64,000 nt of DNA from contig NZ_MWQY01000008.1 of the NCBI RefSeq assembly GCF_002087085.1, positions 62,001 to 126,000 on the forward strand, given 5' to 3'. The notes beneath the pieces are model-generated. The model was not told the DNA's origin. It did no database searches and saw nothing but the letters and a program-made list of their open reading frames with translations. This document shows, one piece after another, positions 38,938-47,433 of this stretch. The first letter of the stretch is position 1; each line of letters starts with the position of its first letter. Made by a program: the position numbers and the translations under genes.

Positions 38938-39804
38938 ATGGACCGGGAAATACAAAGCCGAATTCTGGCGATGCAGAAAAACGAGATAACCGAATACCAT
39001 ATCTATACCAGACTGGCGAAGATGCTGGAAAAAACCGAAAACGGACCGATTCTCAGGACCATAGGCGAGGAAGAGAAGAAGCACCATGACTTTCTGAGCA
39101 AATTCACCGGAAAAAGTGCCCGGCCGAAGGGTTTCAAGGTAGTTTTTTTTGTTCTGATCGCCCGCATTCTGGGGATTACCTTCGCCCTGAAACTGATGGA
39201 ACGGGGAGAAGAGGAGGCCCAGGAGATCTACGACGCCATGAGCCGCCAGGTTCCCGAGGCAAAGCAGATCATTGAAGATGAAGACGCCCACGAGGAGAAA
39301 CTCCTGCAGATGCTCAAGGAGGAGCGTCTCGAATATGTGGGCTCCATCGTGCTGGGACTCAACGATGCCCTGGTCGAGTTGACCGGAGCCCTGGCGGGAC
39401 TCTCCTTTGCTCTGCAGAATACCCGGCTCATCGCCGTGGCCGGACTTATTACCGGAATCGCCGCCTCTTTTTCCATGGCAGCTTCGGAATACCTTTCCAA
39501 CCGCACCGAAGGAAACAGCGAGGGAGCAGTAAAATCCGCTGTCTATACGGGAATTGCCTACATTCTGACGGTGGGGCTCCTGATTCTCCCCTATCTGCTC
39601 TTCAGCCACTACATGGTCTGCCTTGCCGCAACCCTGGGTATCGCGATTTTTATTATCTTCTTTTTCAACTACTATGTCGCCGTTGCAAAGGACCTGAAAT
39701 TCTGGCCCCGTTTTACCGAGATGGCCCTCCTGAGTCTCGGAGTCGCGGCGATCTCCTTCGGAATCGGCGTTCTTGTGCGAAGTACCATCGGAATCGATAT
39801 TTAA
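38938..39804 (+). CDS. Rubrerythrin-like plus VIT1/CCC1 membrane protein (MbfA-like)
   Basis: EEEKKH and EDEDAH ExxH motifs; VLGLNDALVE, SMAASEYLS. Confidence 0.88.
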   Translation: MDREIQSRILAMQKNEITEYHIYTRLAKMLEKTENGPILRTIGEEEKKHHDFLSKFTGKSARPKGFKVVFFVLIARILGITFALKLMERGEEEAQEIYDAMSRQVPEAKQIIEDEDAHEEKLLQMLKEERLEYVGSIVLGLNDALVELTGALAGLSFALQNTRLIAVAGLITGIAASFSMAASEYLSNRTEGNSEGAVKSAVYTGIAYILTVGLLILPYLLFSHYMVCLAATLGIAIFIIFFFNYYVAVAKDLKFWPRFTEMALLSLGVAAISFGIGVLVRSTIGIDI

Positions 39805-39824
39805 ACGGAAGGCTGTGAAGATAT

Positions 39825-40475
39825 ATGGGACACCTTGAAGCTGTACTCTTTGATATGGACGGCGTACTGACCGACTCGGAGGAGCTGATCGCCGAGGCCG
39901 GGGTGCGTATGTTCGCGCAAAAAGGTTACGCAGTCACCCATGACGACTTTTACCCCTTCCGGGGTTACGGTGAAAACCGCTTCCTCGGCGGGGTGGCACA
40001 GAAGTACGGAATTCCCTTCGATCAGGAGCAGGACAAGGCCCGTACCTACGATATCTACTGCTCCCTCGTCAAGGGCAATCTGGCTCCCCTGCCCGGAAGC
40101 ATAGACTTTGTCCACCGATGCCGCAGCCTGGGGTTCAAAACTGCCCTGGTTACCAGCACCGATTACATCAAGATGAAGGCCAATATCGACGAGATCGGTC
40201 TGGCCGACGGATCCTTCGACGTAATGATAAACGGCCTGGACGTTACACGGCGTAAACCCTATCCGGATATGTACCTGCTCGCGGCACGCCGTCTGGGGGT
40301 TCCGCCGGAGAACTGCCTTGTGGTCGAAGACGCAATAGCAGGAGTCGAGGCTGCCGTGGCGGCAGGCTGCCGCTGCCTTGCCCTTACAAGCAGCTTCAGC
40401 AGGGATGAACTCTCGGCGGCGGACTGGATTATAGGAAGCCTGGAAGAAGTTCCGGAGGAAGTTCTGCAGTGGTAG
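39825..40475 (+). CDS. HAD family phosphatase (beta-PGM-like)
   Basis: FDMDGVL, KPYPD, VVEDAIAG. Confidence 0.9.
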   Translation: MGHLEAVLFDMDGVLTDSEELIAEAGVRMFAQKGYAVTHDDFYPFRGYGENRFLGGVAQKYGIPFDQEQDKARTYDIYCSLVKGNLAPLPGSIDFVHRCRSLGFKTALVTSTDYIKMKANIDEIGLADGSFDVMINGLDVTRRKPYPDMYLLAARRLGVPPENCLVVEDAIAGVEAAVAAGCRCLALTSSFSRDELSAADWIIGSLEEVPEEVLQW

Positions 40476-40678
40476 AGTGGGAGGACATGACTCCGGAAGA
40501 ACGGGACCGTTTTATCTACCTCTCCCTGAGCGAAAACGCCCTCAAGGCGATCGTCATGATCATGCAGCGCAAGCATGGTCCCGATGTTTCGACGGAGACG
40601 ATTATGCGATATGCCTTTAAAATAGCCCGGGACCGCATGACGCCGAAGCATCTGAAGAAGAAATCCGGAAAAGCTTAA
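40469..40678 (+). CDS. Small hypothetical protein
   Basis: Coding-like 69-aa ORF overlapping the HAD stop; start uncertain (GTG 40469 or a nearby ATG after GGAGG). Confidence 0.6.
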   Translation: MVEWEDMTPEERDRFIYLSLSENALKAIVMIMQRKHGPDVSTETIMRYAFKIARDRMTPKHLKKKSGKA

Positions 40679-41784
40679 GCACCGGCAAACGGAGGCTGTA
40701 ATTCCCTGTCCCGCCAGGGACGGTGACGCAGGCTCAGACTGTCATCCTCACCACCGGTCTCTTCCAGCCCCGCAATCTCCGGGAGAATAAGGTCGGTCTC
40801 CTGAGCGGTGATTACCGGAAGGTCATAACAGGTGTTCCGGTGTTTTAGCTCACCCTTTCTTGTTCTGTATTCTTCAACAAAGCCGAGGTGTTCCTTCATG
40901 CGCCGCCGGTTGATGCTGTGGGCGATTTTCCCGGGGGAACACTGTTCGCGGAGGGAAGTAGCAGCCGATTCCGCGAGAACGGGATCTATCTCCGTACCAA
41001 TAGAAGAGCGGCCCGCGGCAGCGGCGGCCAGGGCCGTGGTCCCCGTCCCCAGGAAGGGGTCGGCCACCAGGTCCCCCTGCACCGAATACATGCAGATCAG
41101 GCGGTATGCCAGTTCGAAGGGATAGGCCCCGCTCCTCTCCCGGGCAGCCCTCCCCTTCAGGAGCTGACGTTCCCCGGCAAGGTCCCAGAGATCGGAAAAC
41201 CAGCGGTTCCGCTCCTCCCAGAAGTAGGCACTGCGCCGGCGAAGGGCCTTCTGATCCCCCGTAAATACCCGTTTTCCCCCTTTACGGAAGATAAGGATGT
41301 GCTCATGCTCCAGGGTCACATAGGCTCCCGCCGGAAGCATTCCGGAACCCATGAACTTGTTCGGTGCGTTGGTACTCTTGCGCCAGATAATACGGGGCAG
41401 TACGGAAAATCCCAGATTCGAGAAAGCCGTCACTATACGCTCGGCGTTCGGGTAGAGCATAAAGGTTCCGTCCACAGTCCTGAGGGCGTCTCCCACATTG
41501 ATGCAGACAATCCCCCCGGGCATTACCAGAGGCGCCATGATCGCCCAGACCCGGTCAAGCACATCATGCATGGCACGAAAGGCCTTCCAGCCCTGATTCC
41601 CGGAGAGAAGCTCCCTGATACGTCCGTCCTGGAGGGAAAAGGTCTCATCCCACATGGAGATCATCGGGTAAGGCGGAGAGCTGAGCACGAGGGCAAGGCT
41701 GTCGGGATTCAGGGAACTCAGGACAGAAGCATCCTTCGGCAGAATCCTGTGCCGGGTAGTAAATTCCAGGGGAGCATCTTCCAC
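40675..41784 (-). CDS. Beta-class N4-cytosine DNA methyltransferase, M.MthZI-like, orphan
   Basis: SPPY before DPFLGTGTT; KFMGSGMLP.AYVT.EHE.ILIFRK and AYFWEERN.WFSD as recalled for MthZI. Confidence 0.88.
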   Translation of the reverse strand: MEDAPLEFTTRHRILPKDASVLSSLNPDSLALVLSSPPYPMISMWDETFSLQDGRIRELLSGNQGWKAFRAMHDVLDRVWAIMAPLVMPGGIVCINVGDALRTVDGTFMLYPNAERIVTAFSNLGFSVLPRIIWRKSTNAPNKFMGSGMLPAGAYVTLEHEHILIFRKGGKRVFTGDQKALRRRSAYFWEERNRWFSDLWDLAGERQLLKGRAARERSGAYPFELAYRLICMYSVQGDLVADPFLGTGTTALAAAAAGRSSIGTEIDPVLAESAATSLREQCSPGKIAHSINRRRMKEHLGFVEEYRTRKGELKHRNTCYDLPVITAQETDLILPEIAGLEETGGEDDSLSLRHRPWRDRELQPPFAGA

Positions 41785-41830
41785 AAGCGGATTGTACCAT
41801 AGATTTTTTCAAGAAACAGCCTGTTTTTTC

Positions 41831-41860
41831 TTGTCCTTTATTGTCACGTATTGTACACTA
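41831..41860 (+). repeat. Three tandem 10-bp direct repeats overlapping a promoter
   Basis: TTGTCCTTTA-TTGTCACGTA-TTGTACACTA; contains TTGTCC-17-TACACT. Confidence 0.7.
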
Positions 41861-41865
41861 TTTAT

Positions 41866-42564
41866 ATGAAAAGGACAGAAGATTCCTTAATGACCCTCAG
41901 TGAAATGGCTGAGTATCTTCAGGTGGCGGAAAAAACGGTCATGCGCATGATCAACCGCAAAGAGATTCCCGCGATAAAAATCGGCAGCCAGTGGCGCTTT
42001 TCCCGATCCATGGTGGACGACTGGATTATCTCCAACATGCAGGTAGTCCCCCGCAATGATCTGGCAAAACTGATGGAGGACAGCCACGATCTGGTACCCC
42101 TCTCACGGCTGGTGGATACGGGATCCATTATCATGAACCTCAAACCTGGAACCAGGCGGGAGGTGCTGGCCCAGCTGATCCGCCCCCTCGAAGCGATGGA
42201 GAAGATCACCGATTCGGCGGCATACCTGGACATACTTCTGGCCAGGGAGGAGATGATGACCACCGCCATCGGTCCCATCGCTTTTCCCCATGCCAGGAAT
42301 CCCCGGGAAAACGAAGGAGCAGAACCCCAGGTCATTGTCGGAATCTGCCGGGAAGGAACGCAATTCGGTTCCCTGGACGGGAGCCCTACCTACCTGTTCA
42401 TGCTCCCCTTTACCGACAGCGAGATCATTCATCTGAGGCTGATGGCCAAGATGGCTGTCCTTTTCAAGGAAGAAAAGAACGTTCGCAGGGTGCTTGAAGC
42501 TAAAAGCGGCGAACACGTTGTGGGCGTACTGATCTCTCTGGAACAGCAGCACCGTAGTGAATAG
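41866..42564 (+). CDS. HTH_17 (BldC/Xis-like) plus PTS EIIA(Ntr/Fru) fusion
   Basis: MTLSEMAEYLQV..IPAIKIGSQWRF; AREEMMTTAIG.IAFPHAR, FGSLDG, HLRLMA. Confidence 0.88.
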   Translation: MKRTEDSLMTLSEMAEYLQVAEKTVMRMINRKEIPAIKIGSQWRFSRSMVDDWIISNMQVVPRNDLAKLMEDSHDLVPLSRLVDTGSIIMNLKPGTRREVLAQLIRPLEAMEKITDSAAYLDILLAREEMMTTAIGPIAFPHARNPRENEGAEPQVIVGICREGTQFGSLDGSPTYLFMLPFTDSEIIHLRLMAKMAVLFKEEKNVRRVLEAKSGEHVVGVLISLEQQHRSE

Positions 42565-42584
42565 AAAATAAGGAGGCGTCCGAA

Positions 42585-43400
42585 ATGACCCTAAGCAGAC
42601 ACCTGAAGCCGGAATGCATATCGATTATCGACCCGCCGGAGAACAAGGATCAGTTACTCAGAAAAATAGCCGCCCTGAGCGGTAACACCGAAGAACTCTC
42701 CTCCATCGGGGAAGAGGAAATTTATCAGAAGCTTAAAAAACGTGAAGAACAGGGAAGCACAGCCTTCGGCTCCGGAATTGCGGTTCCCCACTGCAGTTTC
42801 AAGGGTCTCGAATCCTTCGTGCTGGGACTCCTGATTCTGAAAGGAAAAGGGACATCCTTCGATGCCCCGGATAAAAAACCGGTAAATCTCTGCTTTTTCA
42901 TAATCGGCCCCGAGGAAGCGCGGAACGAACACATCCAGATCCTCTCCGGAATCACCCGTCTGCTGAATACCACGGAAGCGGCAAAACAGCTGCGCCAGGC
43001 GCGCTGGCCCGATGATGCCTATTCCATTCTGGTTGGTTCGATTGAGCTCGGCAGGGCGGCAAGCGCGCAGGTTCCCGCCTCCCAGATAAGCGTTGCAGTT
43101 CAGGACGAATCAGCCTTCATCGATATCCTGGAACTCTTTACCGCGGAACCGGACTGTCACATCGCCGTTTTTGAAGGTACCAGTGCGGGCAGATACCTCC
43201 ATCACCTGCCCCTCTTTTCCTCGTTCTGGACGGATGAGCAGAATACCGAGGTAAAGCTGATTCAGGCAGTATTGAAGACCAGTGCCTGCAACAACATGAT
43301 TCGCCGGATCAACACCATCCGGGACACCTCCAAACCCGATTCGGGGGTACTGATCAGCGTTAACGAGCTCTCCTACTGGTGCGGCAGTCTCTCCTACTAG
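42585..43400 (+). CDS. PTS EIIA domain plus C-terminal PII-like domain
   Basis: REEQGSTAFGSGIAVPHC, FDAPDKKPV, HIQILS; ~105-aa C-terminal ferredoxin-like pattern (PII-like call is inference). Confidence 0.8.
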   Translation: MTLSRHLKPECISIIDPPENKDQLLRKIAALSGNTEELSSIGEEEIYQKLKKREEQGSTAFGSGIAVPHCSFKGLESFVLGLLILKGKGTSFDAPDKKPVNLCFFIIGPEEARNEHIQILSGITRLLNTTEAAKQLRQARWPDDAYSILVGSIELGRAASAQVPASQISVAVQDESAFIDILELFTAEPDCHIAVFEGTSAGRYLHHLPLFSSFWTDEQNTEVKLIQAVLKTSACNNMIRRINTIRDTSKPDSGVLISVNELSYWCGSLSY

Positions 43401-43410
43401 GCAGGTGCAT

Positions 43411-44655
43411 ATGGACAATCTACAACTACCCATCCTGGTCGTAGCCGGGATAATAGCATACCTTTCGCTGTACGCCGGAAAGCTCGCAAACAGGATAAAA
43501 CTCCCCTCTCTTATCGGTTTCATGTTCGTGGGCGTATTCCTTGGCCCCTCCCTGGCAGGACTCCTGAGCTCAGAAATACAGGACTCCATGCAGTTTATTA
43601 CCAAAATTGCCCTGGGTTTCGTGGCCCTCTCCATCGGAATGGAACTCCATATCAGGGAACTCAGGCGCCAGGGACCGGGAATCATGCTGGTTATTCTGAC
43701 CGAGTCCTTCGGAGCTTTTCTGGTGGTAGGCCTCGCGGTCTTTCTTTTGACCGGCGACCCTGCACTGGCTCTGATATTCGGCGGCATTGCTCCGGCTTCC
43801 GCACCGGCGGGAACCGTAGCCATTATACAGGAGTACCGCGCCCGCGGCCCTCTTACCAAAGCGCTCTACACAGTCGTCGGTTTTGATGACGGACTGGGAA
43901 TCATAATCTTCGGCTTTGCCTTTGCCGTAGCCAAGGCCATAATATCCAGCCGTACAGGACTTGAAACCATGACCCTCTCGGCGGCGGTAATCAGCCCCTT
44001 GAGGGAGATCGGCCTCAGCATACTGGTTGGTCTGGTAATGGTCCTGGTCTATACCCTTCTGTCCAGGCCCCTTGATTCAGCACGGGACCGGTTTATTCTG
44101 ACAATAGCCACGGTGCTGTTTACCACCGGGCTCTGCGAGTATTTTCACCTCTCCGAAATTCTTACCAACATGATTGTCGGTATGGCCTTTACCAATACCC
44201 AGCCCACAAAAACGACCCGGGAAATAGACGAAAGTCTCAGGGGCATCATGCCGCTGCTCTTTCTCTTTTTCTTCACCCTCGCCGGAGCAAATCTGCATGT
44301 AGGAGCCCTGCCCTCCCTGGGGCTGCTGGGTCTGGTTTACATAGCAGCACGCACCGCAGGGCTGATGGGAGGCGCCTGGTTCGGTACGACCATCGGAAGG
44401 ATGGAGGAAAACCTGCGGAAATATCTGGGGATGGGCATCCTTTCTCAGGCAGGGGTCGCCATCGGTCTGTCCCTGGTGGTCAAGCAGGACCTGTCCGAGA
44501 TGGGAGGCCCGGGAGTACAGCTGGGTGCCATGGTAATAACCTCGATTACCGCCACCTGTATTTTCTTCGAGATAATCGGCCCCATTTTGACCAAGATAGG
44601 CCTTACAAAGGCGGGGGAGATATCCCTGCCCGATTCCGGCGAACAGGTACCCTAA
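43411..44655 (+). CDS. Cation:proton antiporter (CPA2-like)
   Basis: About 12 TMs, ASAPAGT, GFDD, FFTLAG, SQAGVAIGL. Confidence 0.9.
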   Translation: MDNLQLPILVVAGIIAYLSLYAGKLANRIKLPSLIGFMFVGVFLGPSLAGLLSSEIQDSMQFITKIALGFVALSIGMELHIRELRRQGPGIMLVILTESFGAFLVVGLAVFLLTGDPALALIFGGIAPASAPAGTVAIIQEYRARGPLTKALYTVVGFDDGLGIIIFGFAFAVAKAIISSRTGLETMTLSAAVISPLREIGLSILVGLVMVLVYTLLSRPLDSARDRFILTIATVLFTTGLCEYFHLSEILTNMIVGMAFTNTQPTKTTREIDESLRGIMPLLFLFFFTLAGANLHVGALPSLGLLGLVYIAARTAGLMGGAWFGTTIGRMEENLRKYLGMGILSQAGVAIGLSLVVKQDLSEMGGPGVQLGAMVITSITATCIFFEIIGPILTKIGLTKAGEISLPDSGEQVP

Positions 44656-46889
44656 ACCAGCTCCCGGTCAAAGTTGAAGGTCGTGGTGGAGGATTCTCCG
44701 GGTTCGGCGTTCAGGTAGTCAAAGCAGTCCGCGGTTCCTGGTACCCCAGGCACCTCCATGGCCTGGGCAGGGTAAAGAACGGTGAGCCCGGCCTCATCGG
44801 CTTCGCTTACCCGGAACTGTCCCCCCCGGCTGTCGCTTATGGGACCGGAGACTGGAATCCGGGCGCGGGTAATCAGAAGGGGCGGGCGGCCGTAGCGGTA
44901 CACTTCTACAACAAGCGGAGAGGCATCCCGCAGGGCCTCAATGGCCGGCCTCTCCAGTTCAAGCCAGGCCTGAATCCTGCGGACACCCCGCTGGTAAAGT
45001 TCCTCCGCTGCCAGGGCGTTTGCCACCGGCAGGGGATACGCCGCCGTCAGGGTAAGACTTTCCGATGTCAGTTCCTCGAGCAGGGACAGCTGATAGAGGG
45101 AGCTAATCCGGAAACGGCGGCAGCCCGCTTCGAGGGCGGAACCAAGCTGCTGTTTCAGCATATCCAGGTCCTCCTCTGAACAGAAACCCGGCAGTACATA
45201 CTCATGTTCCGGAAACCAGGGGGCCCCGTTCAGCGGCCGAGCGACAACGGCGGCCCGGACTCCTGCGGTAACAGCCTTCCCGCCCTTCTTAATAATCACC
45301 GGCTGGAGTTCCTGCTCCGTAAAATTCCCCGTTTTTCCGGAGGACCGCCGGAAATATCCCGACGGACCGTCCTCTTCAGGTTCCGGGGACAGATCCCCTT
45401 CAAACCAGGACCAGAAATCCCGTCGCAGCTGTTTTAACCTGGCGGCGGGAACAAAGGGGTTTCCCTCAACAGAAACCCGGCAGAGGGCAGCACCGACAGC
45501 GGGATTGCGGCTCCGGCGGAACTCCTCCTCAACCTTCTCCCTGTCCAGGGGATGCCTCAGGGCTTCATCGAATTCTTCAGAGCTCTCCCAGGTCCGTCCG
45601 TCCGCGAAGACCCGGATGCCCCGCCTGGAAAGGTGAATCTCCAGATCAAAGCGCCTGACCGGCTGATAAAGGGGGAGGCCTGCACCGTCGAAATTCACCC
45701 CTTTTACGCTGGACCCGACACGGTAGACCCGCCCGGAGGCGGGGACCTCCCGGTCATAGGGAATAAAGACCTCCCTGCCTTCCGTTGCGGTGGAAACCGG
45801 GTGTTTGCCGTCCCGCATGGCGGTTACGGTAAAGGAGGGTCCCTCGTCGCCGGAGGCAGGCTGTATTCGCAGCCGGTCCCCCAGGCGCAGCCTTCGGGAA
45901 ACCTTCAGGGCAAAGCCGCCTTTTCCGGCACTTGCCACAGTCCCCACCAGCTGACCGGAAACCCCCAGGGAATCGTACTGGACCAGCTCCGCCATATCCT
46001 TCTCCGTGGCAAAACCGTGGGACCAGCGACGCCCATAGGATGACGAAAGAATCTTGCGGGCCTCTCCCAGGACCTGGCCGCGGGAGCCGGAAGGAGCGTC
46101 CAGCACCATTCTGTAGGCCTGCACAACCTTGAAGACATAGTCCGGCTGTTTTAAGCGCCCTTCAATCTTCAGGGATTTGACCCCCGCCTGCTGAAGATCA
46201 TCAATCATGTCCAGGGTGTAGAGGTCCTGGGTAGAGAAAAAGAAGCCGCTTTTGGGGCTGCCCTCTTCGGTGCCGTGAAAACGGCGGCGGCAGGGCTGTT
46301 TGCAGCGCCCCCGGTTGCCGCTCCAGCCTCCCATCCAGGAGGAGAAAAGGCAGTTTCCGGAGAGGGAACAGCAGAGGGCCCCGTGGATAAAGACCTCTAT
46401 ATCCAGAGGCGACGCCGGGACCATCCTCTTGAGTTCCCGGAGGGTAATCTGCCGTTCAAGGATTACCCGGGATATTCCCATCCTTGCCGCTTCGAGTATG
46501 CCCGGGGAGTTGTGAATTCCCATCTGGGTCGATGCGTGAAGCTCCAGCTGAGGATACCGGGTCCGGAGAAATCTGGCCACGCCGATATCCTGAAGGATAA
46601 CGGCATCGGGATCCAGCCTTGCAATCTTCTGCACGGTTTCGTCGAAGGCCTCCCACTCAGTCTCTTTGACCAGGGTGTTCAGGGTAAGGTAAAAACGTTT
46701 CCCCAGGGTCTTGGCCTTCTGCGAGAGGCGGGAAAGGTCGTCGTAGCTGAAGTTGGTGCCCATCTCACGGGCATTAAAGCGGCCGACGCCGCAGTAGACG
46801 GCATCAGCCCCGGCGGCATAGGCGGCGAGGGCCGTGCTCAGGGTACCCGCCGGGGCAAGCAGTTCAGGTAAGTTTGTGGAATTCTTCAT
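44652..46889 (-). CDS. U32-family protein (RlhA-like RNA hydroxylation)
   Basis: ELLAPAG, HASTQ, HGALC.S.SG.C..S....NRGRCKQPCR, LKIEGR. Confidence 0.88.
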   Translation of the reverse strand: MKNSTNLPELLAPAGTLSTALAAYAAGADAVYCGVGRFNAREMGTNFSYDDLSRLSQKAKTLGKRFYLTLNTLVKETEWEAFDETVQKIARLDPDAVILQDIGVARFLRTRYPQLELHASTQMGIHNSPGILEAARMGISRVILERQITLRELKRMVPASPLDIEVFIHGALCCSLSGNCLFSSWMGGWSGNRGRCKQPCRRRFHGTEEGSPKSGFFFSTQDLYTLDMIDDLQQAGVKSLKIEGRLKQPDYVFKVVQAYRMVLDAPSGSRGQVLGEARKILSSSYGRRWSHGFATEKDMAELVQYDSLGVSGQLVGTVASAGKGGFALKVSRRLRLGDRLRIQPASGDEGPSFTVTAMRDGKHPVSTATEGREVFIPYDREVPASGRVYRVGSSVKGVNFDGAGLPLYQPVRRFDLEIHLSRRGIRVFADGRTWESSEEFDEALRHPLDREKVEEEFRRSRNPAVGAALCRVSVEGNPFVPAARLKQLRRDFWSWFEGDLSPEPEEDGPSGYFRRSSGKTGNFTEQELQPVIIKKGGKAVTAGVRAAVVARPLNGAPWFPEHEYVLPGFCSEEDLDMLKQQLGSALEAGCRRFRISSLYQLSLLEELTSESLTLTAAYPLPVANALAAEELYQRGVRRIQAWLELERPAIEALRDASPLVVEVYRYGRPPLLITRARIPVSGPISDSRGGQFRVSEADEAGLTVLYPAQAMEVPGVPGTADCFDYLNAEPGESSTTTFNFDRELV

Positions 46890-46907
46890 ACAGGATGAAG
46901 CATACTA

Positions 46908-47288
46908 TCAGACAGTGCGTCCTCCGACCACCCAGTAGATCCACGCAGCCACGGCAAAAAAAGCCCAGAGCACAATTACCAGAATACCCAGAGAGTTCAT
47001 CAGTCCGTTCAGGTATCCCATGAGGCTGACAATCAAGCCCAGCGTATCGGCTATCGCAAGGGCAAACATGGTATTGCGGACAGCCAGGGAGGATTCGCTG
47101 TTGCTTGAAAAGAGACAGATCAAGGCTATGCCTGCAAACAGGGCACCGGCCATCTGGACCATCAGACTCCCGTAACGGGAGACCTCGATCCCGAACCATG
47201 ATGGGGACAGGGTGGGCAGAAAAATCATGAGAACCGCGAAGACGGCGGAAACCAGGGCTTTAATCCAGAAAAAACCATAAACTTTCAT
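46908..47288 (-). CDS. Small 4-TM membrane protein
   Basis: Four hydrophobic helices; SD AAGGAG before ATG 47288. Confidence 0.7.
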   Translation of the reverse strand: MKVYGFFWIKALVSAVFAVLMIFLPTLSPSWFGIEVSRYGSLMVQMAGALFAGIALICLFSSNSESSLAVRNTMFALAIADTLGLIVSLMGYLNGLMNSLGILVIVLWAFFAVAAWIYWVVGGRTV

Positions 47289-47433
47289 CGTATTTCTCCT
47301 TGTCCGTATCAGAATCTCAGGCAAATAGTGCCCTATAAATAATAGCACCTCCCGGGGGTGGATGTAAAAGGAAGTGGAGGAAATCTTTCATCTTTGCTTG
47401 AAATACGCTCCCCCAAATTCTATAATTCCTCCA

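Noticed and set aside
40469..41784. Restriction-modification or defence system
   Set aside because: No nuclease-like ORF adjacent; the 69-aa ORF is too small and has no nuclease motif
41866..42050. Excisionase-like domain next to a DNA methyltransferase, suggesting a prophage/ICE
   Set aside because: No integrase, att site or phage genes; the HTH is fused to EIIA
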